Below, in pieces: positions 15,171 to 23,629 of a stretch of DNA of 47,782 nucleotides. Under the pieces are notes generated by a model. That model had not been told where the DNA came from. It searched no databases and saw nothing but the letters and a program-made list of their open reading frames with translations. The stretch lies in NCBI GenBank assembly GCA_964605545.1, contig CAZSCX010000002.1, positions 1 to 47,782 of the forward strand. The letters run 5' to 3'. The position numbers and the translations under genes were made by a program. Each line of letters starts with the position of its first letter. Positions within the stretch are counted from its first letter, which is position 1. The DNA comes from an uncultured Gammaproteobacteria bacterium (GTDB taxonomy: Bacteria; Patescibacteriota; Microgenomatia; UBA12405).

Positions 15171-16904
15171 TTATACTTCAATGACCAATGGTAGAACCAT
15201 GGGCTGGCGGCCGGTTTTGTCAAATATGATTTTTTCGATGTGAGATTGAACTTCAGTACGAATAAATTCAAAGTTGGCGGGTTTACTGGTTGTTTGTTTG
15301 AATTTATTGGCAATTTCCAATTTAAGATATTGCATTAATTCATTGTTTTCTTTAACAAAAACAAAACCTCTTGAGAGAATAACCGGTTCTTTGAAAAGCT
15401 CTCCGGTTTCTTTGTTGACCAAAAGAACAACAGAAAACATACCGTCTTCGGCCAGTAATTTACGATCACGGAGAACGGTAACACCGACATCGCCAACTCC
15501 TAATCCATCAATCAAGACTTTTTTGAGTGGGACTTTAAAGAGAGTATTGACTTGACCGTTGCCGGAGAAAGTGACGGCACTATCGACTTCCGGAGAAAGT
15601 AATTGATCGTCTTGATAACCAAGTTTTTTGGCCATAACATGGTAGCTTTTGACATGACGAAAATTACCGCCGATGGGAAGTAAATATTTTGGTTTAACTA
15701 AATCGATAAGAATGGCATGTTCTTTTTGGTAACCGTGACCGGAAACGTGGAGTTCTTCTTTTTCACCATAGGCCACTTCGGCGCCAAGTCGGGCAAGGGT
15801 ATCGATCATGGCATAAATATCGGAAGTAGTACCGGGGATATAATCTGGTGAAGAAAAAATTACTTTGTCGCCAGGTTTAACTTTAATACGATGCTTCCCC
15901 ATTACCATTTTACTAAGGGCAGAATCCGGTTGACCGGAAAAGCCGGCAATTAAAAAGATTAATTTGTTATCGGCAAAATTCTTGATTCTTTCAATTGGAA
16001 TAATATCCGATTCGGTTAAATTTAAATAGCCTAGTTCTTTGGCAATATTGATTGCTTTTTCGACAGAAAAACCAACTAAAACAATTTTGCGTCCAGTGGA
16101 TTTGCCATATTCGATGGCCTGTCCCCAACGGATAATATTACTGGAGATTGAAGTAACAAATACTCGACCTTTACTTGAAACAATTTCGTGTTTGAAATTT
16201 TCAGCGATAGAACTTTCCGAAGGAGAATAACCATCCTGGTCAGATCCAAGAGAGTCAGAGAGTAAACAGAGAACTCCTCGATTACCTATTTGAGCAATGT
16301 GAGCAAGATCGGTAGCTTTGCCATCAAGTGGAAATAAATCAAATTTATAATCAGAACCGTGATAGAAAATACCAATAGGAGTGGTAATGGCAAAGTGATA
16401 AGTGTCTGGAATGGAATGAGTGACTCTGATTGGTTCAATAGTAAATGGTCCGGATTTTAAAGGTAAAGGACCTTCATAAACATTTAATTGAACTTTTAAA
16501 TTAAATTCGATAAGACGGGATTGGATAAAAGCGGCCGCTAATTTGGGAGCAAAAATAGGAAATTTATTGCCCAAAAGATTGACCACAAAACGAACAGCGC
16601 CAATATGATCTTCATGACCGTGGGTAATGAACATACCTAGAATTCGGTCTTTTTTGTCATTTAAATAAGTGGTATCGGGGATTTGCAAATCAACACCAAA
16701 GGTGTCTTCTTCGGGAAAACCGACGCCACAATCAACAATAATAATTTGGCTTTTGTTGATTTCGCCATTGGGTATATATTCATAAACGAACATGTTTTGA
16801 GTGACATCACCAAAACCACCAAGGGAAATAACACGGACTTGGTCGCGTGAATTTTTGAATTCACGTACCGGATTTTTTGTAAAATTTTGTTTTATATTTT
16901 GCAT
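15171..16904 (-). CDS. rnj: Ribonuclease J (metallo-beta-lactamase / beta-CASP RNase)
   Basis: HGHEDHIG motif, beta-CASP region, 577 aa, and typical RNase J N-terminal layout (VISLGGFGDVTQNMFVYEY). Confidence 0.92.
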   Translation of the reverse strand: MQNIKQNFTKNPVREFKNSRDQVRVISLGGFGDVTQNMFVYEYIPNGEINKSQIIIVDCGVGFPEEDTFGVDLQIPDTTYLNDKKDRILGMFITHGHEDHIGAVRFVVNLLGNKFPIFAPKLAAAFIQSRLIEFNLKVQLNVYEGPLPLKSGPFTIEPIRVTHSIPDTYHFAITTPIGIFYHGSDYKFDLFPLDGKATDLAHIAQIGNRGVLCLLSDSLGSDQDGYSPSESSIAENFKHEIVSSKGRVFVTSISSNIIRWGQAIEYGKSTGRKIVLVGFSVEKAINIAKELGYLNLTESDIIPIERIKNFADNKLIFLIAGFSGQPDSALSKMVMGKHRIKVKPGDKVIFSSPDYIPGTTSDIYAMIDTLARLGAEVAYGEKEELHVSGHGYQKEHAILIDLVKPKYLLPIGGNFRHVKSYHVMAKKLGYQDDQLLSPEVDSAVTFSGNGQVNTLFKVPLKKVLIDGLGVGDVGVTVLRDRKLLAEDGMFSVVLLVNKETGELFKEPVILSRGFVFVKENNELMQYLKLEIANKFKQTTSKPANFEFIRTEVQSHIEKIIFDKTGRQPMVLPLVIEV

Positions 16905-16906
16905 AA

Positions 16907-17482
16907 TTAATTGAATAATAAGAAATCACCTATGGTTTTAAAATCATCCTCTAGTGCTTTTAACATAGCGCCATTTCTTAGAGCGGCCGAGGGATGATAA
17001 ACGGGAATAATAGTTAATTCTAACCCTTCCCAATTAATTTGTTTAACTTGACCACGAATACTAGAGATAAATTCACCAGGAAAAAAATAATTCATAGCAA
17101 AACGACCAAGAGTAATGATAATTTTTGGCTGTAATATTTTTAATTGAGCTTTAAGATAAGGAGTACAAACTTTAATTTCTTGCGGAAGTGGATCACGGTT
17201 TTCCGGCGGTCGGTGTTTCAAAATATTACAAATAAAAACGTTGTCTCTTTTTAAATTGATGGAAGCCAATAATTTGTCCAGTAAATGACCGGATGGACCA
17301 ACAAAAGGTTTCCCTTGAACATCTTCCTGGAAACCGGGCGCCTCACCGATAATGACAATACCTGATTGAGGATCGCCTGAACCTGGAACTGGATTTTTGG
17401 CAGTTTTAAAAAGTGAACACTTTTGACATTTGGCGATTAAATCGGCAAGATATTTAAGTTTTAGTTCTTTAGTAGAAATCAT
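16907..17482 (-). CDS. Uracil-DNA glycosylase, family 4 (Fe-S type)
   Basis: CQKCSLF...GSGDPQSGIVIIGEAPGFQEDVQGKPFVGPSG and HPSAALR motifs. Confidence 0.9.
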   Translation of the reverse strand: MISTKELKLKYLADLIAKCQKCSLFKTAKNPVPGSGDPQSGIVIIGEAPGFQEDVQGKPFVGPSGHLLDKLLASINLKRDNVFICNILKHRPPENRDPLPQEIKVCTPYLKAQLKILQPKIIITLGRFAMNYFFPGEFISSIRGQVKQINWEGLELTIIPVYHPSAALRNGAMLKALEDDFKTIGDFLLFN

Positions 17483-18495
17483 CCTGATAAGAATTGTTTA
17501 ATATTATTGTTATCGATAATAATTTTTCCATTTACTTTTTTGGAGAAAATTAAAAGTGAAGCCTTGCGGGCAATGGTTTCTAAATTCCTTTTTAGAGTTC
17601 TGACACCGGCATCAAATCCAAGAGGACGAATAATTGATGGCCATACTGATTCTTCAATAATTAAGTCGTTTTGAGTAAGACCAGAATCAGAAAGAACTTT
17701 AGGTAAAATGTATTGCTGACCAATAACGGTTTTTTCCTGATCATTGTAAGAAGGCATTTGAATTGGTTCAAGACGGTCTAAAACGGCAGTGGCTAAACGA
17801 TTGGTATTGTTGCAGGTGGCACAAAAAATAACTTGAGATAAATCAAAAGGATAATCAAGATAATGATCAACAAAACGATTATTTTGTTCTGGATCCAATA
17901 GTTCAACCAATGTTCCCATAATAGTATTAAAAGCTTCATCGGCAATGCGATCAATTTCGTCAAGTAATATTACTGGATTGTTAGTTTTTGCTGTAATTAG
18001 TGATTTAATGATAGCACCAGGGTCAGCTTCCGGAGAAAAACGGGAACGACCACGAAGATAATAAGGATCACCAAGTCCACCAAAGGGAATGCGAACAAAT
18101 TGACGATTAAGAGAGGCAGCAATACTTTGAGCCATAGTTGTTTTACCGGTACCGACAAGACCAGAAAAAAGAAAAATCGGAGCTCGAGAAAGAGAGACAG
18201 AGCCTCTTTCTTTTTGTAATCCCAAAACTGAAATATATTCTAAAACCCGTTCTTTTATTTCTTCTAAACCGTAATGAAATTCGTCTAATTTTTCTTTGGC
18301 ATAATTTAAATCCAATATATCCTTACTGGAAGCAGTCCAGGGTAGTTGTAAAAATATATCGATATAACGAGATAGTTGGTGAATATTAGTTGGATTTAAT
18401 TCCATTTCGGCGACTAGTTCGTTGACTTTATCTTGAACTCCCAGAGGTAATCTGGCCGCATCAATTCTAGCTTTTATTTTTTTAATTTCGTCCAT
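17479..18495 (-). CDS. Stand-alone Lon-type AAA+ ATPase module (no LAN N-domain, no S16 protease domain)
   Basis: Collinear with the central part of Lon: LPW...HYGLEEIKERVLEYISV, Walker A GLVGTGKTT, FVRIPFGGLGDPYYLRGRSR, Walker B ILLDEIDR, LLDPEQNNRFVDHYLDYPFDLSQVIF, LDRLEPIQMPSY, AGVRTLKR. The ORF ends at 338 aa. Confidence 0.8.
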   Translation of the reverse strand: MDEIKKIKARIDAARLPLGVQDKVNELVAEMELNPTNIHQLSRYIDIFLQLPWTASSKDILDLNYAKEKLDEFHYGLEEIKERVLEYISVLGLQKERGSVSLSRAPIFLFSGLVGTGKTTMAQSIAASLNRQFVRIPFGGLGDPYYLRGRSRFSPEADPGAIIKSLITAKTNNPVILLDEIDRIADEAFNTIMGTLVELLDPEQNNRFVDHYLDYPFDLSQVIFCATCNNTNRLATAVLDRLEPIQMPSYNDQEKTVIGQQYILPKVLSDSGLTQNDLIIEESVWPSIIRPLGFDAGVRTLKRNLETIARKASLLIFSKKVNGKIIIDNNNIKQFLSG

Positions 18496-18502
18496 TATAT
18501 TC

Positions 18503-18508
18503 AGTATA
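18503..18508 (-). promoter_or_regulatory. Possible -10 box TATACT, 7 nt upstream of ATG 18495
   Basis: The minus strand reads tgTATACTgaatataATG in the 24-nt pnp-to-Lon-like gap. The gene may simply be co-transcribed with pnp. Confidence 0.25.
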
Positions 18509-18519
18509 CATTAATTCTC

Positions 18520-20718
18520 TTATCTTTGAGGTCTTCGGGGACGTAAGTTGGGATTGAAATTTCCAAATTGTTGTCTGTTTTGAGGACGAGAAGGTGATTG
18601 AAATTGAGGTCTTTCTTCACCAAGGTGTGCTGCTTTAAATTCCGGAGCCGATAGTTTTATCTGATGATTTTCGTTGAACCCAGAGACTTTAACTTTCAAT
18701 TTATCACCAATTTTAATAATTTTACTGGGGTCGGAAATAAAACCGGAACTCATTTCGGAAACGTGAAGTAAGGCTTCGCGACCGGGTAAAAATTCAACAA
18801 AGGCACCGTATTGTTCAACACGAGTTACTGTACCGTTTTCGAATTCCTCGCCAACTTGAATTTCTCTAACCATAGAAGCAATTTCAAATGTAGCGGCCTT
18901 AACTTTACTTATATCGGATGAAGAAACAAAACAACGACCATCATCTTCGATATCGATTTGAACACCGTATTTTTCCATCAAGGCTTTGATGGTTTTGCCT
19001 CCGGAACCAATAACGTCACCAATTTTTTCTTCCGGAACTTGAACAATTTCGATCTTGGGAGCATAGGGTGACAATTCTTTTCTGGCTTCCGGTAAAGTCT
19101 TATCCATTAAATCAAGGATCTCTAATCTGGCTTTCATACTTTGAGCAAAGGTTTCTTTGATCATTTTGAGAGTCAATCCTTGACGTTTTATATCCAACTG
19201 AATTGCAGTAATACCATTTCTGGTACCGGTGATTTTGAAATCCATATCACCACAATGATCTTCGATACCGGCAATGTCGGTTAAGAGAAGATATTTTTCG
19301 TCACCATCACTGACCATACCAACGGAAATACCAGCAACTTTATCTTTTAAAGGAATACCGGCATCGAGCATGGACATGGTAGAACCACAAGTTGAAGCCA
19401 TAGAAGAAGATCCGTTTTGGGACAAGACTTCTGAGGTCAACATAATGGTATATGGGAATTCGTCTTCGGTAGGAATGACGGGAATTAAGGCTTTTTCGGC
19501 AAGAGCACCATGGCCAATTTCGCGACGGCCAGGACGTCCAACACGACCGGCTTCACCGGTTGAAAAAGGCATGGCGGAATAATAATGAATATAACGCTTG
19601 GTAGTTTCGCCGGATGAATCTTGGAGATATTGTTTGTCAGCAAGAGTCGAAAGAGTAGTGACGGTCAAAGCCTGGGTCAAGCCTCTTTGAAAAAGAGCCG
19701 AACCATGGGTACAAGGAAGGACACCGGCATTGATAGATAAGGGACGGATTTCGTCAACCTTTCTATTGTCGTAGCGTTTTCCTTCGATAGTTCTGGCACG
19801 GAAATATTGTCTGATTAAAATGTTTAAAGATTCATTTAAAAGATTGCCATTAACTTCACCTGATTCGATTTTTTCTTTATATTGTTCATTTAATTTTTCA
19901 AATAATTTTTTCTCTTGTGCAAGATGACCACCATCATAACCGGTTTCCAAGAATTTTTCGATATCTTTTTTTATGAAAGTATCAACTTCTTTGATTAATT
20001 CTTCTGACGGTAAATATGGTTCAAAAGTTATTTTTGGTTTCTTGATATCCTTGATAAATTCAGAGATATTGTTATTTATTTCATCAGCAGTCTTTTTTGC
20101 AAGTTCAATAGCCTGATAAACAACATCATTGTCAACAATCTTGGCATCGGCTTCGATCATATTGACACCTTCTGGACCGGAACAAACCAAAAGATCCATT
20201 TCGGATTTGCTTAATTCGGAAACAGTGGGAAATAATTTGTATTGTTTATCTATCAAACCAACCCGAACGGCGGAGACTGGACCATTAAAAGGAATATCGG
20301 ACATGGTACAGGCGGCGGCGGCGGCGATAAAAGCGGGAATAACCGGATCATGATCTTTGTCGTTACTCAAAACAGTCGCAATAACCTGGACTTCATTATG
20401 AAATCCAGCTGGAAATAACGGACGGATAGAACGATCGATAATGCGGCCAAAAAGAACCGAGGCATCGGAAGGACCACCTTCGCGTTTCATCCATTTGCCA
20501 CCTTTGATAATACCACCGGCATAAAGTTTGTCGGCATATTCAACCGAAAGAGGAAAATAATCCTTACTTTCGTCAAGTTTGCCTAATTCGACAGTAGCTA
20601 AAACTACTGTACCACCCCATGTAGCAACGACTGAAGCGTTGGTTTGTGGAGCTAATATACCCGTTGATAGGGTGAGTTTTGTATCGCCAAGAGCGATATC
20701 ACATGATATTTTTTTCAT
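18520..20718 (-). CDS. pnp: Polyribonucleotide nucleotidyltransferase (PNPase) with an R/Q/P-rich C-terminal tail
   Basis: Two RNase PH domains, a KH domain (GDVIGSGGKTIK) and an S1 domain (GTVTRVEQYGAFVEF). The position after rpsO is canonical. Confidence 0.95.
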   Translation of the reverse strand: MKKISCDIALGDTKLTLSTGILAPQTNASVVATWGGTVVLATVELGKLDESKDYFPLSVEYADKLYAGGIIKGGKWMKREGGPSDASVLFGRIIDRSIRPLFPAGFHNEVQVIATVLSNDKDHDPVIPAFIAAAAACTMSDIPFNGPVSAVRVGLIDKQYKLFPTVSELSKSEMDLLVCSGPEGVNMIEADAKIVDNDVVYQAIELAKKTADEINNNISEFIKDIKKPKITFEPYLPSEELIKEVDTFIKKDIEKFLETGYDGGHLAQEKKLFEKLNEQYKEKIESGEVNGNLLNESLNILIRQYFRARTIEGKRYDNRKVDEIRPLSINAGVLPCTHGSALFQRGLTQALTVTTLSTLADKQYLQDSSGETTKRYIHYYSAMPFSTGEAGRVGRPGRREIGHGALAEKALIPVIPTEDEFPYTIMLTSEVLSQNGSSSMASTCGSTMSMLDAGIPLKDKVAGISVGMVSDGDEKYLLLTDIAGIEDHCGDMDFKITGTRNGITAIQLDIKRQGLTLKMIKETFAQSMKARLEILDLMDKTLPEARKELSPYAPKIEIVQVPEEKIGDVIGSGGKTIKALMEKYGVQIDIEDDGRCFVSSSDISKVKAATFEIASMVREIQVGEEFENGTVTRVEQYGAFVEFLPGREALLHVSEMSSGFISDPSKIIKIGDKLKVKVSGFNENHQIKLSAPEFKAAHLGEERPQFQSPSRPQNRQQFGNFNPNLRPRRPQR

Positions 20719-20729
20719 ATTTTTTCTTA

Positions 20730-20999
20730 TTACTTTTTCAAATCAAGATCTTTGATTAGTTTATTGTAGCGTTCCGTGGCATGAGATGATAGATAGCGAA
20801 GCAATCGGCGTCTCTTGGCAATCTTGGTTAAGATGCCACGTTTAGCCGGTGAATCGTGCTTATTTTCGGTTAAATGGAATTGGAGTTTTTCGATTTCTTT
20901 TGACAGGATCGCAACTTGTATTTCCGGTGAACCAGTATCCCCTTTTGCTTGGGAAAATTTTTTAATAATTGTTTCTTTTTCTTCTTTGGACAAGGCCAT
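20730..20999 (-). CDS. rpsO: 30S ribosomal protein S15
   Basis: 89 aa, GDTGSPEIQVAILSKEI...HLTENKHDSPAKRGILTKIAKRRRLLRYL. Confidence 0.95.
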   Translation of the reverse strand: MALSKEEKETIIKKFSQAKGDTGSPEIQVAILSKEIEKLQFHLTENKHDSPAKRGILTKIAKRRRLLRYLSSHATERYNKLIKDLDLKK

Positions 21000-21063
21000 A
21001 GAATAGGGCTATTTTCGGATGCCAATTAATAAAGAGCGGCATCTGATGATAGTTACAGGAAGT

Positions 21064-21072
21064 ATTGTAGCA
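21064..21072 (-). promoter_or_regulatory. Extended -10 promoter TGcTACAAT for rpsO-pnp, about 58-nt leader
   Basis: The minus strand reads aacTGTGcTACAATacttcc. The leader contains the hairpin GATGCC-N14-GGCATC (21018-21043). Confidence 0.45.
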
Positions 21073-21089
21073 CAGTTGTTCATTTATTT

Positions 21090-21360
21090 CTAGAAACGAA
21101 GACGAATACAAAGACGGTTAGAATTAACCGGAGTACCCATTGAACCACATTTGTCTGGCACATTACCATAAACTACCTTTTCATTGCTAGTTTGTTGATC
21201 ATCCTCAAGACGTTCTCTTAGTTTTGGATCGATATCGGGATTATTTAAAAGACGTTTACCGGAAGTAAGATCTTCCTGGCGTTGATCTTCGTGATCAAAG
21301 TTTTGAACAATAATAAATTTTGGGCATTCACCACAGCGAAGATTTTTTTCTTTTGACATA
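21090..21360 (-). CDS. Hypothetical 89-aa protein with 4 Cys (CGEC...C...C)
   Basis: From ATG 21360 the protein begins MSKEKNLRCGECPKF. The track start at 21377 is a GTG that lies inside the putative -10 box. I recognise no family. Confidence 0.5.
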
Positions 21361-21367
21361 TGAAGGG

Positions 21368-21376
21368 ATTGTAGCA
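21368..21376 (-). promoter_or_regulatory. Extended -10 promoter TGcTACAAT, 8 nt upstream of ATG 21360
   Basis: The minus strand reads taagTGcTACAATcccttcatATG. The same 10-mer GTGCTACAAT occurs upstream of rpsO. Confidence 0.4.
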
Positions 21377-21377
21377 C

Positions 21378-22187
21378 TTAGACTGAAGAAACGGAACTGG
21401 GTTGATTGGTACCGAACAAATTACCGGATTTTTCGACACTTTCGATTGGTTTTTGGTTGTCAAAAGCATTTTGGGTAGGAGTAACCGGGGTTTCGATTTG
21501 AGTAGCCCGCAAACAAGCGGCGCCGGCTTCGAAGGTTTCCGGTGAAACGTTAACAGAGAAGGATTGAGTGGCTACACGAAGACCAATCAATAAGTCCTTG
21601 GCAGAATCAAAATGGAAAGGTAATTCCAACATAGGTATCAAAAAGGACATAATTTCGGAATAAGGAGCATCGGGATCAATAATTGAGGTTTGAGCCCAAG
21701 TTTTTTCGATAGGAATTGGAGAAATAGAAACCCAATTGCCTCGATTGACAATTTCGGCATCTTTACCCAATTTAGTTTCATCACCAAAAAGAATATTGAG
21801 ATCAGCGAGACTGGATTGATTGTTTATGACAATTTGGTCACGTTCGATTTTGAGAGAATTTGGTTTAACTTTAACAACAAGATTTAAACGACCATTGTCT
21901 TCGTTATAAGACACTGTTTCGATATTTTCTTGCGGATAGTTGAGGGAAATAGTCAAATCGTTAGCATTATAGGTATCTGTCAAAAGTTCTAAACCGCTTA
22001 ATTTTGAGTAGTTGGTATCTGTTTTTTGAGGGCAAAAAACAGAGACACTTCTACCTGATTCTTTGACAGCAACGGCCAAGGCCAAAGCTGAACTGATGCC
22101 GTCTAAACTTAGTTCCGGCACAGCAATAAAGACCGATTTAGCGGTTGAAAGTAGACCTTTTAGTGTTGCGATATTATAGGTTTTCAT
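21378..22187 (-). CDS. DHH/NrnA-like fold protein with degenerate catalytic motifs
   Basis: The N-terminus KSVFIAVPELSLDGISSALALAVAVKESGRSVSVFC aligns with the NrnA motif I region (HxxPDGDxxGSxLAL) but lacks the metal-binding Asp/His residues. No DHH triad is visible. The gene sits just after infB, where rbfA/nrnA/truB usually lie. Confidence 0.5.
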   Translation of the reverse strand: MKTYNIATLKGLLSTAKSVFIAVPELSLDGISSALALAVAVKESGRSVSVFCPQKTDTNYSKLSGLELLTDTYNANDLTISLNYPQENIETVSYNEDNGRLNLVVKVKPNSLKIERDQIVINNQSSLADLNILFGDETKLGKDAEIVNRGNWVSISPIPIEKTWAQTSIIDPDAPYSEIMSFLIPMLELPFHFDSAKDLLIGLRVATQSFSVNVSPETFEAGAACLRATQIETPVTPTQNAFDNQKPIESVEKSGNLFGTNQPSSVSSV

Positions 22188-23563
22188 CTAGTGAACGCTA
22201 TTATAGCATCTTTTATCTTGAAATCAACATAAGGCTTAAAAGTCATACCACATTCAGTACCAGATTTGACCTTATCGATAATGTTTTTCCCCTGCCGGAT
22301 ACCCTCAACTTTGGTATCTTTGGTAGTGCCATCTTCGCGTTTTATATGCACCAAATCACCTTTTCCTACCTCACCTTTATTGATTTTTACCCCAGCTATA
22401 CGGACTTTTTCAATTTTAAATTCTGCAATTATTTGACCTTCGCCAACAATGGTTTCATCGATGTTTGGCTCCAATAAATGAAGAATTTTATCTTGAATAT
22501 CATCAATAATCTCATAAATAATTTTTGAATCGATAATTTTTACTTTTTCGTTTTCGGCTAATTTTTTTATAAAAGGAGCAGTTTTGAGGTTAAAAGCATA
22601 AATAATTGTTTTACCTGCACTTGCCATAAAAACGTCATTGTCGCTAATGGCACCAACACCAGATTGAACCAAAACGACATCATCGGTAAGACAGCCTTTT
22701 ATAGCTTCTAGAGTACCCTGGGTATCGGCTTTGAGAATGATTTTTAGTTTTGGAGTGTCTGTTTCAATAATTTTTTCCTCTTTTACGCTAATATTTTCGT
22801 TTTTTTGGGTTGAAACAACAGAACCGACTTCGGGAACTTTGATAAAACCAAGGATTTCAACCGGAGTGGCCGGACCGGCAGAGGTAATATTTTTGCCTGT
22901 ATGATCAATTAATGCCTTAACTTTGGCACAGATATCGTTTGCATAGACAGTGTCTCCAAGAGAAATAGTCCCTTTTTCGACAATAACCGTAGCTAGAGGA
23001 CCTTTGTTTTTGTCCATTTTTGATTCAATAACTGGAGCGATTAAGGGAGCTTCAGCCTCACTTTTAAGGTTTAAAAGATCGGCAATCATTTTAATCGTTT
23101 CTAAAAGTTTATCGATACCTTCGCCTGATTTTGCAGATATTGGAATAACTGGAACTTCACCACCATATTCTTCTGGAGTAAAACCGGCTTCAACCAATTG
23201 ACCCTTGACTTTATCGGGAGAAAAATTTGGAAGGTCTTTTTTATTTAAAGCAACAATAAAGGGAGTATTTAGTTTTTTAATAAGATTAAGACATTCCTTG
23301 GTTTGAGCCATAATGCCTTCGGTTCCGGCAATAACCAGGACAATAATATCGGTGATTTGAGCCCCACGAGAACGCATGTTTATAAAGGCAGCATGGCCAG
23401 GAGTATCAATAAAGGTGATACCACAGGCAGAATAAGCACCAATGTGTTGGGTAATACCACCGGCTTCTTTGGCACAGACATTGGCAGATCTTATCTTATC
23501 TAAAAGAGTCGTTTTACCGTGGTCAATGTGACCCATGATGGTGACAATGGGTTGCCTGGTCAT
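22184..23563 (-). CDS. infB: Translation initiation factor IF-2, short form (G domain onward, 459 aa)
   Basis: The protein starts directly at the G domain, [22 protein letters not shown], with DTPGH and NKKD. The position after nusA is canonical. Confidence 0.93.
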   Translation of the reverse strand: MTRQPIVTIMGHIDHGKTTLLDKIRSANVCAKEAGGITQHIGAYSACGITFIDTPGHAAFINMRSRGAQITDIIVLVIAGTEGIMAQTKECLNLIKKLNTPFIVALNKKDLPNFSPDKVKGQLVEAGFTPEEYGGEVPVIPISAKSGEGIDKLLETIKMIADLLNLKSEAEAPLIAPVIESKMDKNKGPLATVIVEKGTISLGDTVYANDICAKVKALIDHTGKNITSAGPATPVEILGFIKVPEVGSVVSTQKNENISVKEEKIIETDTPKLKIILKADTQGTLEAIKGCLTDDVVLVQSGVGAISDNDVFMASAGKTIIYAFNLKTAPFIKKLAENEKVKIIDSKIIYEIIDDIQDKILHLLEPNIDETIVGEGQIIAEFKIEKVRIAGVKINKGEVGKGDLVHIKREDGTTKDTKVEGIRQGKNIIDKVKSGTECGMTFKPYVDFKIKDAIIAFTR

Positions 23564-23583
23564 AATTATTTTTTAAAGCCTCT

Positions 23584-23620
23584 CCCGCCTAGGCGGGTTT
23601 CTCCCTTTGACAAAAGGGAG
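23584..23620 (-). promoter_or_regulatory. Two adjacent GC-rich perfect hairpins in the nusA-infB spacer
   Basis: The minus strand reads CTCCCTTT-tgtc-AAAGGGAG (23620-23601), then aaa, then the palindrome CCCGCCTAGGCGGG (23597-23584). GGGAG occurs twice, allowing alternative pairing with CTCCC. There is no U-tract directly after either hairpin. Confidence 0.5.
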
Positions 23621-23629
23621 ATTAATAAA

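Noticed and set aside
23584-23597. Whether the nusA-infB palindrome CCCGCCTAGGCGGG belongs to the same repeat family as the hairpins in the transposase-like ORF
   Set aside because: The stems differ (GGCGGG/CCCGCC versus GGGCGGAC/GTCCGCCC and GGGGCGAC/GTCGCCCC), and the loops and flanks are unrelated. There is no sequence-level support for a shared family within this window.
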